From positions 3,104-67,103 of the forward strand of contig RHAI01000001.1 of NCBI GenBank assembly GCA_010028705.1: DNA of 64,000 nucleotides, given 5' to 3'. The notes below the pieces were generated by a model. That model ran no database searches and had not been told where the DNA came from. It was given only the letters and a program-made list of their open reading frames with translations. Shown here in pieces: positions 57,386-64,000 of this stretch. Position numbers and translations under genes: made by a program. The DNA comes from a bacterium (GTDB taxonomy: Bacteria; Margulisbacteria; Marinamargulisbacteria; SXXA01). The stretch's first letter is position 1; every line of letters begins with the position of its first letter.

Positions 57386-58528
57386 GCCATGCAATTTTCA
57401 TGTTCTGCATCTCAGTTACAAAAAGCCGTCGGAATCGTAGAGCGAGCTATTTCTCAACGGACTACACTGGCCGTTTTGGAGAATCTTTATTTAGAGCTCA
57501 GTGGAAATCGATTAAAACTTCGAGGTAACGACCTAGAAATTGGAATCGAAACTAGCCTGTTCGTTGAGTCTGCTGGGGTGGATGGTTCGGTGTTAGTTCG
57601 GGCGAAGACTTTTAGTAGTATTCTGTCTAAAATTCAGGCCGACACCCTGAATGTTCGAGTCGATGTGAACTCAAAAATTGTGATAGTTGCGAATAAGGTT
57701 GATTTCGAAATTTTGTGTACCCCGGTTGAAGATTATCCGATTTTCCCCGCCGTGGAGTCTGGTATTTCATTCACTATGTCGGCGTCCGTGATACAGGATT
57801 TGATTCGGCATACAATTTTTGCCGTTAGCTTTGATGAAACAAAGCAGTTTCTGAATGGGATTTTCGTCAAAGTTGAGAGTGGCAGCATCAATTTCGTTGC
57901 GACGGATGGCTATCGCTTGGCGTTAAAACGTCATACTCTCGACCAAAGCAGCGTCGGGGATTTTTCATTAATCGTTCCTCATAAAGCAGTCAATGAATTA
58001 CTTAAAATTTTGGGCACTTTGGGGGATGACGCGCCAATTAAATTAAATGTTTCTGAGTCTCAAATTGCCTTTGAGTCCGAACGGTTTTTATTAGTGTCGC
58101 GTGTAATTAAGGGGCAATTTCCCGATTACCGGCAAGTGATGCCAAAACACTCTGATAATTTATTTTCAGTGTCTCGGCATTCACTGTTAAACGCGTGTGA
58201 TCGAGCCACGATTATTGCCGCAACCTCAAATAATGTTGTTCGATTAAATTTCAGCGAAACCAGCGTATTGATCAAAGCTAACGCCGCGAGTTTAGGTGAC
58301 TTTAAAGAAGAAATTGATGTTTCGCGGTTGAGTGGTGCGGGTGAAGTGAAAATCGCATTTAACGTTAAACTGGTATTAGATGGGATTCGCGGAATTAGCT
58401 CGGATGATATTCGATTGGAATTCAATCAGGGAGTCTCGCCGTGCGTGGTTCGTTCGGCGGCGGATGAGGATTATGTATACATTGTGATGCCGATACGTAC
58501 AAATGACTTTCAGGAGGAAACTGCCTAG
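57386..58528 (+). CDS. dnaN: DNA polymerase III beta sliding clamp
   Basis: Start set at MQFSCSASQLQKAV, which aligns with the MKFT... N-terminus of DnaN homologs. The ORF track starts 10 codons earlier. The three-domain clamp length is ~380 aa. Confidence 0.9.
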   Translation, partial: AMQFSCSASQLQKAVGIVERAISQRTTLAVLENLYLELSGNRLKLRGNDLEIGIETSLFVESAGVDGSVLVRAKTFSSILSKIQADTLNVRVDVNSKIVIVANKVDFEILCTPVEDYPIFPAVESGISFTMSASVIQDLIRHTIFAVSFDETKQFLNGIFVKVESGSINFVATDGYRLALKRHTLDQSSVGDFSLIVPHKAVNELLKILGTLGDDAPIKLNVSESQIAFESERFLLVSRVIKGQFPDYRQVMPKHSDNLFSVSRHSLLNACDRATIIAATSNNVVRLNFSETSVLIKANAASLGDFKEEIDVSRLSGAGEVKIAFNVKLVLDGIRGISSDDIRLEFNQGVSPCVVRSAADEDYVYIVMPIRTNDFQEETA

Positions 58529-58533
58529 GTGAA

Positions 58534-59601
58534 ATGCTGCGTCGGATCTGGGTTAAAAATTTTAGAAATTTATCCGAGCAGCTTTTAGAGTTAGATCCTA
58601 AATTCACAGTTATTCGTGGGGAAAACAATCAGGGAAAAACAAATTTATTAGAGGCCATTTATTTTGGTATTTCAGGGGGGACGATTATGGATGAGTCGTT
58701 ACATGATCTCCCCAGTTTTTCCTCGGCTGATTCGGCCGTTGTGGGGGTTGATTTCGAGTCGTCTACTTCCCATCGGCTGTACCGAGAGGTATCGAGGCGG
58801 GGGGCAAAGTTTCCAGTTCTGGATGGTGAATCGGTTCGTCAAGCGAGGGACCAGGTACCTCATGGCGCTGCCTACTGGTCGGCTGATCTGATTCGATCAA
58901 TTCAGGACTCAGCCGACGAGCGCCGAAAGATGGTTGATCGAATAGTGGTTAAAAAAGATCGTAAACTCGAGTTTTTGTACAAGTCGTATCAAAGGGTTCT
59001 GTCACAACGAAACGCGTGTTTACGAACCGGTAATCGGTCTCTTATTCGATTTTATAATGATCGGTTTATTGAGCTATCGATGGCCGTAACTTCGGCGAGA
59101 GAAAGAATGGTCGTCGAGTTATGTGATCGGGTAGGTCCCTATATATCTGACATTTTAGGGGACCGGCTACTGACGGTGAGTGGGGTGATCCAAATGAAGG
59201 GAATTGATCGTTTGCAAGACGTTGATTCATTCAAGCACGCGCTAGAACATCGGCTTGAAAAAGATTTCGCGTTGGGGTTTACGTCCGTTGGGGCCCATCG
59301 AGATGATATTGAATTTTTTATAGACGGTCAGTCGGTGGTGCGTTATTTGTCACGAGGCGTTAATCGTATTTTTGCATTGTTATTAAATTTGTCTGGTCTT
59401 GAATCGATGGTTTCCAAGGTGCCGATGATTTTATTAATTGATGACGCCTTCTGTGAGGTGTCCAGTCGGTTAAAGGATCGCGTACTACCGTTTTTATTGG
59501 GGCGGTTTCAGATCGTTTACGTTTCGACGAATACTGACGAATTTCGTGATTTTTCGGGGAAACGATTTATAATGGAATTGGGTGTTTGTACTGATGGATA
59601 A
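58534..59601 (+). CDS. recF: DNA replication and repair protein RecF
   Basis: A 355 aa ORF: MLRRIWVKNFRNLSEQ...GENNQGKTNLLEAIYF, with Walker A and a C-terminal SMC-like signature region. Confidence 0.9.
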   Translation: MLRRIWVKNFRNLSEQLLELDPKFTVIRGENNQGKTNLLEAIYFGISGGTIMDESLHDLPSFSSADSAVVGVDFESSTSHRLYREVSRRGAKFPVLDGESVRQARDQVPHGAAYWSADLIRSIQDSADERRKMVDRIVVKKDRKLEFLYKSYQRVLSQRNACLRTGNRSLIRFYNDRFIELSMAVTSARERMVVELCDRVGPYISDILGDRLLTVSGVIQMKGIDRLQDVDSFKHALEHRLEKDFALGFTSVGAHRDDIEFFIDGQSVVRYLSRGVNRIFALLLNLSGLESMVSKVPMILLIDDAFCEVSSRLKDRVLPFLLGRFQIVYVSTNTDEFRDFSGKRFIMELGVCTDG

Positions 59602-60061
59602 GCTAGGTGATACGCTTGGACGGATTAAGGCGGTCAGTACGGTATCTCGAAACCACCACTTAGTCAGTCAAATTGTAAAGGCATGGCGGGATTTAGCTGG
59701 AAAATTGGCGGATGATATTTCCGTAGAGTGGGTTCGTGACAAAGTTCTTTACCTGAGTTGTACTAACTCACTTTGGATTTCAGAAGCGGAATTTATCAAG
59801 CCGAGGTTACTGGAGCGAATCGGCGCCGAGTTCGGTAAAAATGTTATTAAATCAATTAAGATTCGGTATTTTGATCCGATTCGAAGCGACGGTTCGGTGA
59901 TGACTGCACCTGTTCCAAAATCGTTACAGCAATTGATATTGGAATCAAACTTTGCGAGAAGGGAACAAGGAATGTCTCTATGCGACGCCTGTGGTGATGT
60001 ATACTGTAACGGCGGCCAATGCATATTTTGCAAGGTAAAATCTCAATCTACCCAAGGTTAA
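59582..60061 (+). CDS. DUF721 (DciA-like) domain protein with a C-terminal Cys-rich zinc-ribbon-like tail
   Basis: It follows recF. ...WVRDKVLYLSCTNSLWISEAEFIKPRLLERI... resembles the DUF721 core. The tail reads CDACGDVYCNGGQCIFC. The real start may be MDKLGD at 59594. Confidence 0.55.
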   Translation: MFVLMDKLGDTLGRIKAVSTVSRNHHLVSQIVKAWRDLAGKLADDISVEWVRDKVLYLSCTNSLWISEAEFIKPRLLERIGAEFGKNVIKSIKIRYFDPIRSDGSVMTAPVPKSLQQLILESNFARREQGMSLCDACGDVYCNGGQCIFCKVKSQSTQG

Positions 60062-60114
60062 TGGTTAGTTGCTACCATGGGTGCTGGTACAGTTTGTCGA
60101 GGAGGTGAATTTGA

Positions 60115-60201
60115 ATGGGAAGTTTGATTAAAAAACGACGAAAAAAAATGCGAAAACATAAATATAAAAAGTATGGACGCAAAATGAAGGCCAAACGATA
60201 G
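60115..60201 (+). CDS. 28-aa highly basic mini-protein resembling ribosomal protein bS22 (DUF4295-like)
   Basis: MGSLIKKRRKKMRKHKYKKYGRKMKAKR. A perfect SD (GAGGAGGTG) lies 8 nt upstream. The N-terminal pattern MGS[VL]IKKRRK.M.K.K resembles bS22 of Mycobacteria and Bacteroidota. It is too short for the ORF track. Confidence 0.5.
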   Translation: MGSLIKKRRKKMRKHKYKKYGRKMKAKR

Positions 60202-60291
60202 TTCGTATAAAAATGTTTAAAATTATTACCCCTGGGAATTATAGCGGTCTCATCATATTTAAATAATTTATAGTTCCCGGGGGGTATTTTT

Positions 60292-60645
60292 ATGGAGTCT
60301 ACGGCGGCCGTCGTTGATCGATATAACGTCGAAACAGTTATTGCTCATATTGTGCGATTGGGAGTCGGTATTTATCGGAAATTTGGTCGGTGTGTGGTGG
60401 TGTCCTCGAATCCTCACTCCACTGGATTTAGTAAAGAGCTGGTTGAATTTTCTGGAACAGGTTTGCGATATATTTCGGTACTATCACGATGTCAAAGCCG
60501 TTTTTATTTTGATTACTCAACGAATACGTTAATTGGAGGTGACCGCGAAATTTCAGTCGGGTATTTCGTTGGCCTTGGTGCTGATGTATTTCGGCTGGTT
60601 CGGGGAATCGATTCTCGAAAAAGTCATATTTATTTAATTTCTTAA
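60292..60645 (+). CDS. Hypothetical protein
   Basis: A 117 aa ORF with an SD-like GGGGGGT upstream. No recognised motifs were found. Confidence 0.35.
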   Translation: MESTAAVVDRYNVETVIAHIVRLGVGIYRKFGRCVVVSSNPHSTGFSKELVEFSGTGLRYISVLSRCQSRFYFDYSTNTLIGGDREISVGYFVGLGADVFRLVRGIDSRKSHIYLIS

Positions 60646-60655
60646 GGGGGGAATT

Positions 60656-62569
60656 ATGGGCGGGGTATCTGAATGTCGAGCTGTTGGAGGGTCCGATTTC
60701 CGTCAACCATTGAGTGGCGTTCAATCGGAAATCGATTTTATTCGGAACGTTACGGGTTCGTCGACGTCTCGTGTTCGATTGATAAATTTTGAGTCTATGT
60801 CAGAGCGATTTCTGTCTCAATTTTCACGGTTCCGGGGGGCGTGTCGAGCGTTGTTGGCTGTGGATAATCCGTTGAATGTTAAAAAAGTGGTTACGGATAT
60901 GGCGTTTCGTTCGTTTTTTGCTCCGCCTACCGCGATGGTTGAGTCGGCATCCCGGTTGTTGGATAGATTATCGTCGGTTGATATGTCGTTTTTGAATAAA
61001 GTAGATTCGATCGTGTCTGTTTGGCGTTCGTTATCGAGCGCTGGTTTTCTGCGTAGTCGAGATAATCGAGAGTTCGCTGTCGGTAAAAAAAACTGGGGGC
61101 ATCCAATTAATCGGGGCCTGCATTCTTTTGAGATTGACGATATAGGGTTTGATCGGCACGATTTACATACGATTGAGGGGGGCGATTTTGAAGCTCGGTT
61201 TAGGCCGCATTCTGTGTCGGAATTTGCCTCACAACTAAGGTTATCCGATTTCGATTTATTAGGTGAGGATCATAGCTTGACGTCTGATTCAATAGTTGGG
61301 TCGGTGTTGCATGATTGCGAAGTCCAGTGTTTTGATCCGTCCTTGATGGGTGGGTCCGGAGGCGTAGGGACCTCTGTTAGTACATCGGGGCCATTGGGAT
61401 CGTTGTATCAGTTTGAAATGGATAGTAGTTATTTGGCTTTGGACGATGGTAATTCAGCGGTAGCGAGGAAACCTTTACCCCTGGTTGGTGCCGAATTACG
61501 CCCGGTAGGTGACAGTGAGGAAGTTTATTATCATCGTGGGTCCCAATTGGCTCAACTTGAGCAGATTCCGATTGAAAACAGCTCGAGGTTAGGAATAAAT
61601 AATTTTGAAGTCGACGCCGTTAATTCAGATAACAATCATTTTTTATCGAGATTTGAAATTTGTTTCAAACGAACAGTGGAAAAGGTGAATAAAACGGAGA
61701 CGATAAGTGATTCTGGGTATTGTCTGAATAGGGATAAAGCTGGATATTTGGATGTAAAAGCTAACACCGTGAGGAAAAAATCTGTTTTTGAGCAGTTTGA
61801 TGATATGGTCGCCCACCGGTTCGGGGCTGAATTTATGAATTCTAGTCAAAATGTTGTCGACTATTTTCGTTGGAGAGATTGTTACGGGAACCGGCTAGGC
61901 GCTCATTCGTCGGGTGATGGTGACGGCGTCGGCCGGCCGGGTGGGACCGGGGGTGGATTTCTTGGTGTTGTGTGCGAGCCGGATCGCTATGATTTGTCGG
62001 GATTGGGTGTTTACGACGAGTTGTTCGACGATTTTTCGGATCTTGGGGAGGAGTATGAAAATATTTTCGGCTCGGTCCGGCGGGTCCATGGGTATATTGA
62101 TCGGATTAATCACCGGTGGGATATCGCGATTGAATATATTGAAACGTTTTTGAAGCTCTGTGGTGTCTCAGTAGGTAGTAGTGGGAAGTTTCCGCGATCG
62201 TCGATTGACACGTTACGATCATTGGAAGGTCTTATCAATGATAGGTCGTTGTTGGTTAAAGTTTTGGGTAGTGATAACGCGGTCGTGTCGACGTACACGG
62301 ATTTGGTTGAGTTGTGTAATGAAAATGAAAAAGATATTAAAAAAGTGACACATATAATCGACGGTATTATGATTGCTACTGAGCGATTTTGCGGTGAAAT
62401 AGGTATTTTTGATAAGGATCATCGATATTGTGATTGTGATGAGATTCGGTCTCACGTGAAACATTTGAAAAATGATCTTAATCGTATAGGTCAATTTAAA
62501 TTGGGCAGTTATGAATCACTTTGGGAGGCCACTAAATACGCCGTGTATTCGAATGTCGAGCCTGCTTAA
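60656..62569 (+). CDS. Hypothetical 637-aa acidic, Ser/Gly-rich cytoplasmic protein
   Basis: A long ORF with an upstream SD (AAGGGGGG). It has no TM helix and no recognisable catalytic motif. It sits where gyrB usually lies in the dnaA-dnaN-recF cluster. Confidence 0.45.
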   Translation: MGGVSECRAVGGSDFRQPLSGVQSEIDFIRNVTGSSTSRVRLINFESMSERFLSQFSRFRGACRALLAVDNPLNVKKVVTDMAFRSFFAPPTAMVESASRLLDRLSSVDMSFLNKVDSIVSVWRSLSSAGFLRSRDNREFAVGKKNWGHPINRGLHSFEIDDIGFDRHDLHTIEGGDFEARFRPHSVSEFASQLRLSDFDLLGEDHSLTSDSIVGSVLHDCEVQCFDPSLMGGSGGVGTSVSTSGPLGSLYQFEMDSSYLALDDGNSAVARKPLPLVGAELRPVGDSEEVYYHRGSQLAQLEQIPIENSSRLGINNFEVDAVNSDNNHFLSRFEICFKRTVEKVNKTETISDSGYCLNRDKAGYLDVKANTVRKKSVFEQFDDMVAHRFGAEFMNSSQNVVDYFRWRDCYGNRLGAHSSGDGDGVGRPGGTGGGFLGVVCEPDRYDLSGLGVYDELFDDFSDLGEEYENIFGSVRRVHGYIDRINHRWDIAIEYIETFLKLCGVSVGSSGKFPRSSIDTLRSLEGLINDRSLLVKVLGSDNAVVSTYTDLVELCNENEKDIKKVTHIIDGIMIATERFCGEIGIFDKDHRYCDCDEIRSHVKHLKNDLNRIGQFKLGSYESLWEATKYAVYSNVEPA

Positions 62570-62619
62570 TTGTTAGTTTATTGTTGCCGTAACGTTCAGC
62601 GGTGTCTATACTCTGATGG

Positions 62620-63384
62620 ATGTCATGTAAAGTTCTAGCGGTGGTAAATCAAAAAGGCGGCGTCGGCAAAACGACGACCGCTATTAATATTGCGTCTTAC
62701 CTAAGTGAATTTGGGAATAAAGTACTGTTAATCGATTTGGATTCTCAATCGAACGCCACCTCTGGGTTAGGGCTTCGTCCCGATACAATACAGGCTGGGA
62801 TTTATGATCTATTAATATCAGAGGCTCCTATTTCGACGGTTCTATATCCGACCCCATTTGATAAATTGCATATTATTCCAAGTACAAAAGATTTGGCTGG
62901 GGCGGAAGTCGAGCTGGTCGGATTTGATTCACGTGAAACCGTACTCCGTGACCGTATATCTGGATTGAGGTCTTATTATGATTATGTCGTGATGGATTGT
63001 CCGCCGTCCCTCGGTTTGATTACCTTGAATGCCTTGGTTGCAGCGGATAGGACATTGATCCCAGTCCAGTGCGAATATTTCGCCTTAGAAGGTATCGCTA
63101 GTTTATTAAACACCTTAGGTCTGGTTAAAGAAATGTTCAATCCGGGTCTGGAAATTTCAGGTATAGTCCTTACGATGTATGATAAGCGAACAGCCTTAAA
63201 TCGGCAGGTGGCCGAAAACGTTCGGACGTATTTCAAGGACTTGATCTACGAAACAATTATTCCTCGAAATGTTAGGCTGTCTGAGGCCCCGAGTCACGGG
63301 TTACCGATTTCGTTATATAAATCTGATTCTAGGGGTGCCATTGCGTACTTAAATTTAGCTCGGGAGGTAAATAGGCGTGATTAA
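62620..63384 (+). CDS. parA: Chromosome-partitioning ATPase ParA/Soj
   Basis: A 254 aa ORF with the deviant Walker A KGGVGKTTTAINIA and the MDCPPSLG motif. Confidence 0.9.
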   Translation: MSCKVLAVVNQKGGVGKTTTAINIASYLSEFGNKVLLIDLDSQSNATSGLGLRPDTIQAGIYDLLISEAPISTVLYPTPFDKLHIIPSTKDLAGAEVELVGFDSRETVLRDRISGLRSYYDYVVMDCPPSLGLITLNALVAADRTLIPVQCEYFALEGIASLLNTLGLVKEMFNPGLEISGIVLTMYDKRTALNRQVAENVRTYFKDLIYETIIPRNVRLSEAPSHGLPISLYKSDSRGAIAYLNLAREVNRRD

Positions 63385-64000
63385 AGACAATGTAAGGTTA
63401 GGAAAAGGGTTAGAGGCATTGATTCCAAGGACTACATTAAGTGCGGGTCGTACGATATTGTCGTTGCCTATAACTGCGATTGTTCCAAATCCGTTTCAGC
63501 CGCGTCGATTGTTTGACGACGATTCGATGAGTTCCCTTGTTGCTTCAATAAAAAAACATGGTTTAAATCAGCCTATTTTGGTTCGGCGTAGTGGTGACGG
63601 GTACGAATTGATTGCTGGCGAACGTCGATTGAGGGCCTGTCAGATCGTGGGTCTTGAGCAAATTCCGTCTATAATTAAAACTGTTAGTGACGAGGAGTCA
63701 CTTCAACTTGCTTTGATTGAAAATATTGAACGGCAGGATCTCAATTCTATTGAGGTGGCCCGGGCGTATCAACGCCTAGTTGATGAGTTTGAATACACCC
63801 ATCAGGCGATAGCGGACGCGTTTGGACGAAGTAGGTCAGCTGTTTCGAATACAATGAGGTTGCTAAATTTGCCCGCGATTGTTCAGGATGATGTGGCTAG
63901 CGGAGTGATTTCTGAAGGACATGCACGGACGCTTTTGTCACTGGGTACGGAAGAAGAAATGTTGGATTACGTGGATCGTATAAAACGTGGAAAACTTAAT
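63377..64000 (+). CDS. parB: Chromosome-partitioning protein ParB (N-terminal ~208 aa; the gene runs off the window end)
   Basis: A GTG start at 63377 overlaps the parA stop. The translation reads VIKDNVRLGKGLEALIP...ITAIVPNPFQPRRLFDDDSMSSLVASIKKHGLNQPILVRR...GYELIAGERRLRA...HTH. This is the canonical ParB/Spo0J N-terminus and HTH. Confidence 0.8.
   Translation, partial: MIKDNVRLGKGLEALIPRTTLSAGRTILSLPITAIVPNPFQPRRLFDDDSMSSLVASIKKHGLNQPILVRRSGDGYELIAGERRLRACQIVGLEQIPSIIKTVSDEESLQLALIENIERQDLNSIEVARAYQRLVDEFEYTHQAIADAFGRSRSAVSNTMRLLNLPAIVQDDVASGVISEGHARTLLSLGTEEEMLDYVDRIKRGKLN

Overview
This is a 64 kb bacterial chromosomal segment, about 50% GC. Sequence signatures suggest an FCB-group-like organism: a T9SS-type C-terminal sorting domain, a PorP/SprF-like barrel, a Bacteroidota-style tail-fiber C-terminus and a bS22-like mini-ORF. 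The window is gene-dense and mostly housekeeping.

Left end (1-4.5 kb): a minus-strand operon of four secreted or outer-membrane proteins. It contains a T9SS-CTD protein, a PorP/SprF-like beta-barrel, a Gly-rich tail-fiber-like protein and a YD-repeat-like protein that runs off the window.

4.5-7.7 kb: an oxidative-stress module. ahpC-ahpF is divergent from oxyR, with an ATAG/CTAT OxyR-type operator between them.

7.7-17 kb: a long minus-strand overlapping operon. It reads relA/spoT - rdgB - single-domain KaiC-like ATPase - REC-fused KaiC-like ATPase - UvrD-like helicase with a degenerate motif II - QueE radical SAM, followed by an ABC exporter.

17-32 kb: gcvP with a long leader, an Rrf2 regulator, an ABC-F ATPase, hisC-aroB-aroQ, a GAF/sigma-54 activator, tRNA-Leu, hisD-valS and msrB plus a 2-hydroxyacid dehydrogenase.

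32-44 kb is the most unusual region. Two paralogous membrane proteins carry 34-residue ankyrin-like 'GWTPATxAA' repeats and a conserved C-terminal Cys/His domain. The second paralog carries a 20-nt indel that moves this domain out of frame. They flank clpB and msrA, and are followed by a DabB/DabA (DUF2309) inorganic-carbon pump pair.

44-53 kb: HIT, tRNA-Tyr, eno, ftsB-like, an S1 protein, a PASTA-domain pseudokinase, ribD, purC, tRNA-Asp and an ssb-like gene.

53.7-57.4 kb: tRNA-Arg, a bifunctional-nuclease-domain protein and the infC-rpmI-rplT operon with an apparent AUA start for infC.

55.4-64 kb is the replication-origin region. DnaA-box clusters lie on both sides of dnaA, and an AT-rich DNA-unwinding element sits between dnaA and dnaN. 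These are followed by dnaN-recF-DUF721 (DciA-like), a 28-aa bS22-like ORF, two unknown ORFs where gyrB usually sits, and parA-parB.

Four tRNAs were found by eye; no CRISPR array or obvious mobile element was seen.
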